DNA of 64,000 nt from Candidatus Woesearchaeota archaeon (lineage in GTDB: Archaea > Nanobdellota > Nanobdellia > SCGC-AAA011-G17 > PNOQ01). The position numbers were made by a program, and so were the translations under genes. The stretch's first letter is position 1; every line of letters starts with the position of its first letter. The notes under the pieces were generated by a model that was not told the origin of the DNA, searched no databases, and worked only from the letters and a program-made list of their open reading frames with translations. This document shows positions 14,140 to 23,017 of the stretch, piece after piece. Location: the NCBI GenBank assembly GCA_964587005.1, contig CAZPJW010000003.1, forward strand, positions 6,392 to 70,391, written 5' to 3'.

Positions 14140-14304
14140 TTATTTTTTAGTTGCCCATTTAAATTTAACAGGTTTTCTATTTAATTTTAATAAGTTTTTT
14201 TCACATTTATTGGAACAGAAGTTAAGAGTTTTTCCGGATTTGTATACATATAGCTTGCCGGTTCCCTTTTCTATTTCTTTTGAACAAAATGAACATTTAG
14301 CCAT
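14140..14304 (-). CDS. rpl24e: 50S ribosomal protein L24e (eL24) – 54-aa ORF absent from the supplied ORF track
   Basis: Hand translation of the minus strand gives [54 protein letters not shown] with the C4 zinc ribbon and the L24e consensus; it lies directly downstream of rps28e as in the conserved L7Ae–S28e–L24e operon. Confidence 0.8.
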   Translation of the reverse strand: MAKCSFCSKEIEKGTGKLYVYKSGKTLNFCSNKCEKNLLKLNRKPVKFKWATKK

Positions 14305-14306
14305 CT

Positions 14307-14567
14307 TTATTTACCCTTTGAAGTAATTTTTCTAGCTTCAATTTCAGTTTCTCTTAGCATTAATAGGTCACCAGGTTTTATTGGGCCCTTAACATTTCTT
14401 CTAAGAACTTTATTTTGATCTCTACCTTCAAGAACTTTACATCTAACTTGGGTTATTTCGCCTTTCATTCCAGTTCTTCCGACTATTTCTTCAATTCTTG
14501 CTGGAACTGCTGGCTTGAATAAGCTAGTGTCTTCCTTTTTTGTTGTTTTTTTCTTCTCAGGAGCCAT
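14307..14567 (-). CDS. rps28e: 30S ribosomal protein S28e
   Basis: [37 protein letters not shown] matches S28e. Confidence 0.85.
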   Translation of the reverse strand: MAPEKKKTTKKEDTSLFKPAVPARIEEIVGRTGMKGEITQVRCKVLEGRDQNKVLRRNVKGPIKPGDLLMLRETEIEARKITSKGK

Positions 14568-14569
14568 TT

Positions 14570-14863
14570 TTATTTCTTGCCTTCTTGGATAACTGCAACT
14601 GCTGAAGTTGATACTTGTAGCCCTGCTGCTGCCCCTAGCTCTTCTCTTGAGTCTACTTCAACGAAAGGAATTTTCTTTTCTTCGCATAAAGGTTTTAGGT
14701 GCATGATAACTTCTGCAGGAGAAACATCTTTTGCAACGACAATTAGCTTCGCTACACCTCTTTCAGCGGCTTTTGTTACTTCATTTGTGCCTTTTTTTAT
14801 CTTTCCAGATTTTTTTGCAAGTTCAACAGCTTCATATGCTTGATCTTGATTTATTTCTACCAT
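14570..14863 (-). CDS. rpl7ae: 50S ribosomal protein L7Ae (K-turn binding protein)
   Basis: [26 protein letters not shown]...EELGAAAG matches the L7Ae/L30e family. Confidence 0.9.
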   Translation of the reverse strand: MVEINQDQAYEAVELAKKSGKIKKGTNEVTKAAERGVAKLIVVAKDVSPAEVIMHLKPLCEEKKIPFVEVDSREELGAAAGLQVSTSAVAVIQEGKK

Positions 14864-14969
14864 CTTAACCCTCCTATCATTAGGTTAGAATTTTGAGACA
14901 TAGTGTTGTTTATAAATCTTTTTGTTAAAAGAAATCTACTTTTTAAGATGGTTTGGAGATTAAATGATA

Positions 14970-15305
14970 TTAGTTTCTTCTGTAGTCGATTCCAGGTGTT
15001 CCCAAATCTCTAAGTTTTAGGTCTTTTCTGTTTCTGTTATCGTAAGTTAATCCAGGGTTATCTTCTTCTACTTGGTCTTTATAATCTTCTACGGTTAAAT
15101 TAGTGCCTTCAATTTCTCTTCTTGCTACTCTTCTTAATTCGGTCCAAGAAACGATAACATCATCTAGAGTTACTAGCTTTGCTTCAGCTAATTCTTGCTT
15201 GTCTTCTTCTCTAGCCTGTTTTTCTGCCTTTACCTTTTTTATGTAATCACAGCCAGTACTTGCTAGTACAAGAGGTACTAATAATGTTAATAGTGTTTTT
15301 CTCAT
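14970..15305 (-). CDS. Putative lipoprotein (signal peptide plus ASTGC lipobox)
   Basis: MRKTLLTLLVPLVLASTGC: a hydrophobic h-region followed by a lipobox-like STG-C; the rest is charged and coiled-coil. Confidence 0.4.
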   Translation of the reverse strand: MRKTLLTLLVPLVLASTGCDYIKKVKAEKQAREEDKQELAEAKLVTLDDVIVSWTELRRVARREIEGTNLTVEDYKDQVEEDNPGLTYDNRNRKDLKLRDLGTPGIDYRRN

Positions 15306-15387
15306 TTTGTAGTACTTTTTAAGTAGTTACACTCTTTATAAAGTTTTCTATGGATAATTTTATATAGTTTATTTTGAGTAGAAAATT

Positions 15388-17022
15388 ATGGATAAAAGTG
15401 AGTTAAAGAGATATGTTTTGGATAATGCGGTTTTGTATAAAGGCAAGGCAAATTTGAAAGCAGTTGTTGGACATTTAATTGGAAAGTTTCCAGAAGTAAA
15501 AAAAGATATGAAGAATTTTATGAAAGATTTAAGGAAAGTTGTTGATGAAGTTAATTCTCTAGATTTTGAGAAACAAAAGAAGGAATTAGAAAAATTAGGA
15601 AAAGTTGAGAAAATTAAGAAAGAAGTTAAATTATTTGATTTTTTGAGGGTAAAAAAAGGAGAGAAAGTTATTACTGCTTTTCCTCCAGAACCAAGTAAAT
15701 ATTTACATATTGGTCATGCAAAGTCTATTTTTTTGAATTATTTGTTAGCTAAAGAATATAAGGGAAAGTTTTTTTTGAGATTTGAAGATACTAATCCAGA
15801 ATTGGTTGATAATGAATTTTATGATATCATTTTGGAGGACATTAAATGGTTAGGAATCAAACCAGATAAAGTCCAGTATGCTTCTGATAATATGGATTTG
15901 TTTTATGGGTTTGGAGAGAAGTTGATTAAAAGTGGAGATGCTTATGTTTGTTATTGCACATCTAATACAATTAGAGATAATCGGATGAAAAAGAATGAAT
16001 GTTCTTGTAGATATGTTGATTTAAAGAAAAATTTAGAAAATTGGAAGGGTTTTTTTAAAGCTAAGGAAAAAAGTTGTGTTGTTCGTTTGAAGGGAGATAT
16101 GAAAAGCAAGAACGGGGTTATGAGAGATCCCACTATTTTTAGAGTTATTAATAAAAAACATCCTAGGACGGGTAATAAATATAGAATTTGGCCAACTTAT
16201 GAATTTCAAAATTCTGTTATGGATGGTCATTTTAAAGTTAGTTATAGGTTAAGGGGAAAGGAATTTGAAGCAATGTCAGAGTTGCAGAAATATTTACAAA
16301 AATTACTTGGATTCAAACTAACTAAGACTTATGAATTTGCTAGATTTAATATGAAAGGAATTTTGAGTTCGGGTAGAATTATCAGAGAGAAGATTTCTAA
16401 GAAAGAATTGATCGGTTGGGATGATCCAAGGCTTACTACTTTGGTTGCTTTACGTCGGAGAGGATTTTTACCTGAAGCAATTAAAGATTTTGTTGTTTCT
16501 ACTGGGATTTCAAAAAGTGAAAGTACTATGACTTGGGATGATTTGATTATTAAGAATAGAAGATTGATTGATGATGTTGCTAATAGGTATTTTTTCATTG
16601 CTAAACCTAAGAAAGTTAAGATAAAAGGTTTTTCTGAGAAAAGTATTTCTGCACCATTACACCCGGATCATCTAGGTCGGGGGAATAGGAAGTTGAAAGT
16701 TAGTGATGATTTTTATGTTGAAGATAGTTTGAAGAAAAATAAGAATTATCGATTTATGCATTTATTTAATTTTAAAGATAAAGAGATTGTTTCTGAGGAG
16801 TTTGATAAAGATTTGAAGGCTCAGTTGTTACATTGGTTGCCAGTTTCTAATGATTTGGTTAAAGTTAAAATTTTAATGGATAATGGGAAGTTTGTTAATG
16901 GAATTTGTGAGCCGGATGTTAGTAAATTGAAAGTGGGGGATTTAGTTCAGTTTGTTAGATTTGGTTTTTGTAGGCTGGATAAGAAAGGAAAAGTTTTGGA
17001 GTTTATTTTCACACATAAGTGA
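15388..17022 (+). CDS. gltX: Glutamyl-tRNA synthetase (archaeal/eukaryal type)
   Basis: Class I HIGH motif (LHIGHAKS), a KMSKS-like segment (KISKKEL) and an archaeal-type N-terminal extension. Confidence 0.9.
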   Translation: MDKSELKRYVLDNAVLYKGKANLKAVVGHLIGKFPEVKKDMKNFMKDLRKVVDEVNSLDFEKQKKELEKLGKVEKIKKEVKLFDFLRVKKGEKVITAFPPEPSKYLHIGHAKSIFLNYLLAKEYKGKFFLRFEDTNPELVDNEFYDIILEDIKWLGIKPDKVQYASDNMDLFYGFGEKLIKSGDAYVCYCTSNTIRDNRMKKNECSCRYVDLKKNLENWKGFFKAKEKSCVVRLKGDMKSKNGVMRDPTIFRVINKKHPRTGNKYRIWPTYEFQNSVMDGHFKVSYRLRGKEFEAMSELQKYLQKLLGFKLTKTYEFARFNMKGILSSGRIIREKISKKELIGWDDPRLTTLVALRRRGFLPEAIKDFVVSTGISKSESTMTWDDLIIKNRRLIDDVANRYFFIAKPKKVKIKGFSEKSISAPLHPDHLGRGNRKLKVSDDFYVEDSLKKNKNYRFMHLFNFKDKEIVSEEFDKDLKAQLLHWLPVSNDLVKVKILMDNGKFVNGICEPDVSKLKVGDLVQFVRFGFCRLDKKGKVLEFIFTHK

Positions 17023-17064
17023 ATGTTATTTCTTTTTAGTGGTTACAGATGCAAAGATTTATAA

Positions 17065-17826
17065 ATGAGAATTAATTTAAAATTTTATAAAATTTTTAAG
17101 AAAATAAAAATGAAATATGGAATATTAAAGGGTCCGGAGATGCCACAGTCCTCGATAGATTTAGTTAGAATCCCTCATAAAGGGAAGCCTTTAATTATTA
17201 GCCCCGCGTTTGGTCCCTCTCACCTTAAAGGTGTTTTAGATGGAATGACTCAAGGAAGTTTTTATAACTCAGAACAATTCCCCGATGTGAGATTTAGAAA
17301 ACCATTAATACAGGAATCAATTTCGGCGCTGGTGTTTGAATTTGAAAGTGGAATTGGGCCGCGAACATTAGATTTGGGTTGGTTATACGCCGGAGAGGTT
17401 ATGGGTACCGAAGAAGGAATTTTTACTAATACGCGAGAGAGGAATACAGATAGATTGAAGCAATTATTAAATGGGACTACGAAGGTTAATGGAATTTATT
17501 TGATTAATGATAAAATAGCTTTTGCCCCCTTTGAATCTTTTGAAACTGGGGCTCAAGAAGGTAGAGAATTTGCAGAGGGAGGGTTGGCAAGAGCATTAGA
17601 ACACACCGAGACAAGAGTGGCCGAGGATTTATTGAAAATACTTTCAACAGAAAATTATCCCAGGGGTATAAGTATTTCTGGTTTTGATATGCCTGGTTTC
17701 GGAGTTAGTAGAGATGATGTGAAATTTAAATCCGATGGTTACTGTCCAGGAAGACTGGTCCTTGATGGTGGTAGAAGGGGAGGGGGCAGAAAGGATTTTT
17801 CATTTGGAGTATATCACTCAAATTGA
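17065..17826 (+). CDS. Hypothetical protein in a compositionally distinct (more GC-rich) stretch; Gly/Arg-rich C-terminus
   Basis: No recognisable motif; the sequence is visibly richer in G/C codons than its flanks; the real start may be the internal Met near 17110. Confidence 0.3.
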   Translation: MRINLKFYKIFKKIKMKYGILKGPEMPQSSIDLVRIPHKGKPLIISPAFGPSHLKGVLDGMTQGSFYNSEQFPDVRFRKPLIQESISALVFEFESGIGPRTLDLGWLYAGEVMGTEEGIFTNTRERNTDRLKQLLNGTTKVNGIYLINDKIAFAPFESFETGAQEGREFAEGGLARALEHTETRVAEDLLKILSTENYPRGISISGFDMPGFGVSRDDVKFKSDGYCPGRLVLDGGRRGGGRKDFSFGVYHSN

Positions 17827-17877
17827 TTTGTTAATTTGATACAAAAATTTATTAAGTCTTCTTTCTTTTGTACTTTT

Positions 17878-18321
17878 ATGAGAAATTTTGAATTATTAAA
17901 TAGTAAGGAAATTAAGAAGTTAAACAAACAATTAAAAGAACAATTTGGAAATGAGTTTAATTTTAAAGAGTATTTAACTTTTAAAACTCCCAGAGATAGG
18001 ATTTACATTGTTAATAAGGGATTTTCTGATGTTGATGTTGCTAAACTAAAAATAAACAATATTGGTTTATATTTTTTGAGTGTAATGGCCGATGGTTTAA
18101 GGCTTAGCATTGAAGGTTCGCAACTATTTAAAGCAAAGAAAAATATTTTGGAGTTAAAGAAAAGCGATTTTGAAGGGTGGATGACTGGTGAAGATTTAGA
18201 TTTAGAATATGAGAAAGGTTATGTTTTGATTAAGTATAAAGATGATTTTTTGGGTTGTGGGAAATCTATGGGAGAAAAAGTGTTAAATTACGTTCCAAAG
18301 CCTAGAAGAGTGAAGTTTTAG
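17878..18321 (+). CDS. Nip7-like ribosome biogenesis protein with a C-terminal PUA-like domain (tentative)
   Basis: About 150 aa; the length and the pattern MR.FE.L...E...L...L.EQFG...F.....L followed by a PUA-like tail (YVLIKYKDDFLGCGKS) resemble archaeal Nip7 homologs; the ORF track start at 17836 is probably an over-extension. Confidence 0.4.
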   Translation: MRNFELLNSKEIKKLNKQLKEQFGNEFNFKEYLTFKTPRDRIYIVNKGFSDVDVAKLKINNIGLYFLSVMADGLRLSIEGSQLFKAKKNILELKKSDFEGWMTGEDLDLEYEKGYVLIKYKDDFLGCGKSMGEKVLNYVPKPRRVKF

Positions 18322-18374
18322 TTGTTATTTTTGACTATAAAAAAACTTTTAAAGTTGTTTTTGTCTATTTTTTT

Positions 18375-18983
18375 ATGAAAGATAAGTTAAAAGAGGCTGT
18401 TAGAGTTTATGATAAAATAGCGTCGATTTATTCTAAATATAATTATGAAAAATTAATGCAATTTCAATTGACTAAGTTTGAATCTTTGTTGAAAGGAAAG
18501 AGGATTTTGGATGTTGGTTGTGGTGTTGGTCGTGATGTAGAATACTTAATGCAGGATGGTTATGAGGTTACTGGCGTCGATATTTCTGAGAATATGATTA
18601 AGGAAGCTAAGAAAAGTGTAAAAAAAGGCAAGTTTAAAGTTATGGATTTCAGGAAGATGAAGTTTAAGGCGAAATCTTTTGATGGAATTTGGGCCATGGC
18701 AAGTTTGTATCATATTGATAGGAAAGATGTGGAGAAAACTTTGAAGGAATTTTTTAGAGTTTTAGATGTTAAAGGTGTTTTATATTTGGCTTTGTATGAA
18801 GGGGGAGGAGAAGTTGAGGTTAAGAAAACTGAGTATGGTGAGAATAAGAGAACTATTTATTTGTATAAAGATGAAGAAATAAGAAAATCTTTAGAGAAAG
18901 TTGGTTTTGAAATTATTTCTTGTGAAGTTAATACTACTGAAAATCATAAATGGTTGGAAGTTTATGCTGAGAAAAAAGGTTAG
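18375..18983 (+). CDS. Class I SAM-dependent methyltransferase
   Basis: Motif I ILDVGCGVGRD and the acidic motif II loop (EVTGVDIS). Confidence 0.7.
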   Translation: MKDKLKEAVRVYDKIASIYSKYNYEKLMQFQLTKFESLLKGKRILDVGCGVGRDVEYLMQDGYEVTGVDISENMIKEAKKSVKKGKFKVMDFRKMKFKAKSFDGIWAMASLYHIDRKDVEKTLKEFFRVLDVKGVLYLALYEGGGEVEVKKTEYGENKRTIYLYKDEEIRKSLEKVGFEIISCEVNTTENHKWLEVYAEKKG

Positions 18984-19397
18984 TTATTCTCCGATTATTT
19001 TTATTAAAACTCTCTTTTTTCTTTGACCATCAAATTCTGCGTAATAAATTTGTTCCCAAGGTCCTAAGTCTAATGAGTTATTTGTTATTGCCATTGTAAC
19101 TTGGTGCCCCATTAAAGTTCTTTTTAGGTGAGCGTCTGCGTTGTCTTCTCCGGTTTGATGGTGTTTGTAATCTAAACCATAAGGAGCAAGTTTTTCTAGC
19201 CATTCTTGGAAATCTTGTATTAATCCAGATTCTGCATCGTTTACATAGACTGCCGCAGTTATATGCATTGGGTTAATTAAAACTAAGCCTTCTTTTATTT
19301 TTGAGTTTTTTATTACTTTTTCTACTTCATGAGTTATATTTAGAAAGTCTTGTCTTTTTTCAGTTTTGAAATATAAATATTCTGTGTGAGATTTCAT
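18984..19397 (-). CDS. YjbQ/UPF0047 family protein
   Basis: 137 aa; [21 protein letters not shown]...[19 protein letters not shown] matches the YjbQ fold signature. Confidence 0.6.
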   Translation of the reverse strand: MKSHTEYLYFKTEKRQDFLNITHEVEKVIKNSKIKEGLVLINPMHITAAVYVNDAESGLIQDFQEWLEKLAPYGLDYKHHQTGEDNADAHLKRTLMGHQVTMAITNNSLDLGPWEQIYYAEFDGQRKKRVLIKIIGE

Positions 19398-20344
19398 TTG
19401 TAAGCTTTTCTGATGGGTGTTATGATCTTTATTAAATATTCTGATGTTGAATTTTTTAGGTCTAGTGGATGTATTTTTTTAGATGTGAATCCTTTTTCTA
19501 GTTCTTCGTATGTTTTGAATTTTAAATTTCCTCCAAATTTTTTGTCTCTTTTTATTTCGAAGGTTTTTGTTCTGGGGAAAATTATTAATTTAATTATTTC
19601 TAGAACTGGACTGTTTTTTTCTCCAGAGATACAATGTGTTTTGTTTATTTTTTTCTTTATTGATTCATTGGTGTCTCTTATTGAGATAAATGATTCTGCT
19701 TCCGAGGATGACATTTTTGAACCAGATCCTTTTAGGGAGTTAATTAAAGGAGTGTGAATGAATAATGGGGTTTTATAGTCTATTTTTGAAAAGATTTCGG
19801 AACCCATCATATGAATTTTTCTTTGTTCTATTCCAGATTGAACTGCATCTAGTTTTAAGTGTTTTATATCAACTATTTGCATAAATGGGTAGATAACTTG
19901 TGAGACTTTTGCGTTTTCTATGTCTCTTGCCACTTGTTGCATACTTCTTAATGCTCTATTGATTGTTACTGATGAAGATAGCTTTAGAACGTCTTCTTGA
20001 TATTCTTTTTTAGTTTGAAATGAACTTCCCACTACGAATTCTGCTTTACTTAGTCCTGCTGCTTTGAAACCTTTTTTCCAGTGTTTTACTTGTTCGTTAA
20101 TGAATTTCCAATCTCCTTTTTGATTTAGGAATGCGTGATAATCTGCAAATAGAATTACGACTTGGAATCCTGCTTCTTGCAAATCTAGTAATTTAGTTAT
20201 TGTTACTAGGTGTCCCAGGTGGATTTCTCCAGAAGGTTCGTAACCACAATAAACTCTTGGTTTTTTCTTTTTTAGAAGAGTTTTTAGTTTTTCTTCTGAG
20301 ATTATTTCTTGAGTATTTCTTTTTATTAAATCTAATTTGTTCAT
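19394..20344 (-). CDS. tyrS: Tyrosyl-tRNA synthetase (archaeal short type)
   Basis: HIGH-type motif ([10 protein letters not shown]) and KMSKS-type motif (KMSSSE); 316 aa. Confidence 0.9.
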   Translation of the reverse strand: MNKLDLIKRNTQEIISEEKLKTLLKKKKPRVYCGYEPSGEIHLGHLVTITKLLDLQEAGFQVVILFADYHAFLNQKGDWKFINEQVKHWKKGFKAAGLSKAEFVVGSSFQTKKEYQEDVLKLSSSVTINRALRSMQQVARDIENAKVSQVIYPFMQIVDIKHLKLDAVQSGIEQRKIHMMGSEIFSKIDYKTPLFIHTPLINSLKGSGSKMSSSEAESFISIRDTNESIKKKINKTHCISGEKNSPVLEIIKLIIFPRTKTFEIKRDKKFGGNLKFKTYEELEKGFTSKKIHPLDLKNSTSEYLIKIITPIRKAYK

Positions 20345-20369
20345 GTTTAAGTTTTTGATTAGTTGATAT

Positions 20370-20762
20370 TTAAGCTTTTTCTTTTAGAACTAAATACGCT
20401 ATGATTAAAACCCCAATTACATTAAATGAGTCTGCTATATTAAAAATTGGCCAAACTTGTAAATCTATGAAATCTCTAACATAACCTAATGAAACTCGGT
20501 CTATTAAATTTCCAATTGTTCCTCCGAATAAAAAAGCTAAAGGAATTCTTAGATTTTTTTCTTTTTTTGCTAAGAAAAATATAAAAATTGCTACTAGGAA
20601 TGAGATTATTGTTAATAGAAATGTTTGATTTTGTAGTATTGAGAAGGCTGCTCCGGTGTTTGTTGTGTAGTTTATGAATAAAAAATGCTTATTTGTGAAT
20701 AAGTCTTTTGTTAGTTGATCTAGGAAGATTATTAATATTGAAATTAGGAGGAATTTTTTCAT
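20370..20762 (-). CDS. lspA: Lipoprotein signal peptidase (signal peptidase II, LspA-like)
   Basis: Conserved LspA blocks NTGAAFS, GGTIGNLIDR, GYVRDF and IFNIADS (catalytic Asp positions) across 4 TM segments. Confidence 0.75.
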   Translation of the reverse strand: MKKFLLISILIIFLDQLTKDLFTNKHFLFINYTTNTGAAFSILQNQTFLLTIISFLVAIFIFFLAKKEKNLRIPLAFLFGGTIGNLIDRVSLGYVRDFIDLQVWPIFNIADSFNVIGVLIIAYLVLKEKA

Positions 20763-20815
20763 AGTTTTATTGATTTAGAAATCTTTATAAATTTTTATAA
20801 TATGCCTTTTATACA

Positions 20816-21916
20816 GTGGAAACTTGTAAAGAACCACCAAAGAGACTTTCTATTATTGTTAAGCCGACTCATGATTGCAATATGGGCTGTGAGTATTGTT
20901 ACATTGATCCCGAAGCAGAACAAGGAGTTATGGATGAAGGAACATTGGAAAATATGGTTAATAAATCGATGTCTACCCATGATTCTGTTCATTTTATCTG
21001 GCATGGGGGGGAACCCTTGTTGTTACCCCTGTCTTTTTATAGAAAGGCTGTTGAATTTCAAAAGCAATTTGAAGGCAAAGGTGTCAGCAATGGATTTCAG
21101 ACTAACGGAACACTAGTAACTAAGGAAGTTCTGGATTTTTGCGAGGAGAATCAATTTAGTATGGGATTTAGTTTAGATGGTCCAAAACATATTAATGATG
21201 AAACTAGGCATTTTAAAGACGGAAGCAGTAGTTATCTAAAAACATTAAGAGCGATTAAGCGAGCACAAAAGAGAAAAGTGGGAGGGGGCGCTATTGTTGT
21301 TGTGAATAAAACAAATGTAGATAGGCTCCCGGAGATATATGAATTTGCTCAGAGGCAAGGAATAAACTTGAAATTGAATCCGTTGATTAAGGCAGGTTCC
21401 GCTCTTGATAGTATGGAAGATTTGGGTATTGGTCCCCTAGAATATGGTCGAGCTTTAGTAGATTTATTTGATAGGTGGTTTTATGATGATTCTAGTGTTA
21501 GAGTGGATCCCTTTGAAGATTTGATGGGCAATTTGTTAACTGGGAAACCTTGGGGATGTAATTATTCTGAATCTTGCCAAAATTCCTTTATATCTGTTGG
21601 TCCACAAGGAGACATATACCCTTGTGGGAGGTTTGATGGAGTTCCTGGATTTCATTTAGGAAATGTAAATGAGGGAGATCTTGCTGATGTTTTAACTTCG
21701 GAGAAAAGGTTACATCTGAGAGGAAGGGCCGAACGGATTGAGCCCTGTCAGCCGTGCGAACATAAGGATATATGCAATTCTGGCTGTATGCATAATGCTT
21801 ACATGAGGAGAGGCAGAGTCGATGATAGAGATTATTATTGCGCAAGCTTTAAATTGTTGTTTGATCATATTAATGAAGCGATGGATGCTGAGTTGGCTAA
21901 CGCGGAGGTGAAATGA
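20816..21916 (+). CDS. Radical SAM enzyme with a C-terminal SPASM domain (peptide-maturase type)
   Basis: CNMGCEYC CxxxCxxC cluster, GGEPLL, and a C-terminal auxiliary-cluster Cys array (CNYSESC...CGRF...CQPCEHKDICNSGC); more GC-rich than the flanks; stop overlaps the start of the first downstream small ORF (ATGA). Confidence 0.8.
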   Translation: METCKEPPKRLSIIVKPTHDCNMGCEYCYIDPEAEQGVMDEGTLENMVNKSMSTHDSVHFIWHGGEPLLLPLSFYRKAVEFQKQFEGKGVSNGFQTNGTLVTKEVLDFCEENQFSMGFSLDGPKHINDETRHFKDGSSSYLKTLRAIKRAQKRKVGGGAIVVVNKTNVDRLPEIYEFAQRQGINLKLNPLIKAGSALDSMEDLGIGPLEYGRALVDLFDRWFYDDSSVRVDPFEDLMGNLLTGKPWGCNYSESCQNSFISVGPQGDIYPCGRFDGVPGFHLGNVNEGDLADVLTSEKRLHLRGRAERIEPCQPCEHKDICNSGCMHNAYMRRGRVDDRDYYCASFKLLFDHINEAMDAELANAEVK

Positions 21917-22182
21917 TGGCTGAATTAGAGGGAATTGTTATGGTAAACGGAAGAAAAATTGATATAAGAAAGGTTAGTAATAAAAGAATGAGATATGTTT
22001 TAGGGGGATTTTCTGAATCCACCTCAGACGGATTTATGTTTCGAAAGAGAAATCATACAGATTACACTGACCATTCTGAATATGAAATAGGTATAGACTG
22101 TGATCCTGCGGACCATTGGGGGCATACGGACCATTCTAACTATAGTGACCATAAAGATAAACATACAGACAATCATAAGTAA
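21913..22182 (+). CDS. Putative RiPP precursor peptide A (leader plus HTD/YTD/YSD repeat core)
   Basis: 89 aa; leader-like NGRKIDIRKVSNKRMRYVLG...DGFMFRKRNHTD shared with the next two ORFs; core rich in H/Y-T/S-D/E triplets; start codon overlaps the maturase stop. Confidence 0.5.
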   Translation: MMAELEGIVMVNGRKIDIRKVSNKRMRYVLGGFSESTSDGFMFRKRNHTDYTDHSEYEIGIDCDPADHWGHTDHSNYSDHKDKHTDNHK

Positions 22183-22204
22183 TACTTTGTGAGGTGAAAT
22201 TGAA

Positions 22205-22435
22205 ATGGAAAGATTAGAAGAAAAAGTTATTGAAATACAAGGCAAAAAAATTGACCTAAATAAATTAGGAAATAAAAGAATGAGATATGTTTTAGGAAGA
22301 CTTGATTATTCTGACGGGTTTTTGTTTTGGAAAAGAAATCATACTGACCATCGGGAACACACGGATGAAGATGGAGGAATTGATTGTAGTCATATTAATT
22401 GGACCGATCATACAGATTATTCCGAGAATTGTTAG
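22205..22435 (+). CDS. Putative RiPP precursor peptide B
   Basis: 76 aa; QGKKIDLNKLGNKRMRYVLG...DGFLFWKRNHTDHREHTDEDGGIDCSHINWTDHTDYSENC; paralog of peptide A. Confidence 0.5.
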   Translation: MERLEEKVIEIQGKKIDLNKLGNKRMRYVLGRLDYSDGFLFWKRNHTDHREHTDEDGGIDCSHINWTDHTDYSENC

Positions 22436-22516
22436 GAATGGATAATTTATGGTTGTTGGGGTCAAAGTTTGAAAGGCATAAAGATTTGTATGGTGGTTCA
22501 AATAGGTAATTAAGAA

Positions 22517-22960
22517 ATGTCAAAGATAATAAGGTTTAATGGAAGGAGAATTGATTTGGGAAGGATCACAAACCTAAAATTAGTTGAAGTGTTTAAAGAA
22601 AGAGTTCATGATGGAAATAGATTTTTGTTTTTTCATAAAGATAATTATACGGAAGAACATACCGATCGTAGTAAAAGAAATTATGATGATTATTCTGATC
22701 ATTCTGAATACGGAGATCATCACGATCATAAAGATGGACACAGAGATTATGACAAATATTATGATCGTCATAATGATCGGGGCGAGGGGCATACTGATAA
22801 ATTTGGTAAATTTCATTTTAATAGGGATGACCATACTGACCACGGAGGAGTTCCCAGATTCCATAGGGATTCGGCGGGAGGAATAGGGAGAAGCCATGAA
22901 GATCATGGTGGTCATAAGAAAAATAAACATACTGATGATCATACTGATAAGACCAAGTGA
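22517..22960 (+). CDS. Putative RiPP precursor peptide C (extended His/Asp/Tyr-rich core)
   Basis: 147 aa; the NGRRIDLGRITN leader is homologous to A and B; the core has many HTD/YSD/HSE/YDD triplets and is His-rich. Confidence 0.5.
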   Translation: MSKIIRFNGRRIDLGRITNLKLVEVFKERVHDGNRFLFFHKDNYTEEHTDRSKRNYDDYSDHSEYGDHHDHKDGHRDYDKYYDRHNDRGEGHTDKFGKFHFNRDDHTDHGGVPRFHRDSAGGIGRSHEDHGGHKKNKHTDDHTDKTK

Positions 22961-23017
22961 GTTTGTTAAGGTGTTGGTGATAGAAATCTTTAAATACGTT
23001 TAAACCAGATTTTTAGT

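Noticed and set aside
22580-22942. ORFs 22580–22942 (-) and 22584–22886 (+) inside peptide C
   Set aside because: They are alternative-frame or antisense shadows within the repeat-rich peptide C gene. Their Ile/Met-rich composition is typical of wrong-frame reads of a His/Asp-rich, AT-rich gene.
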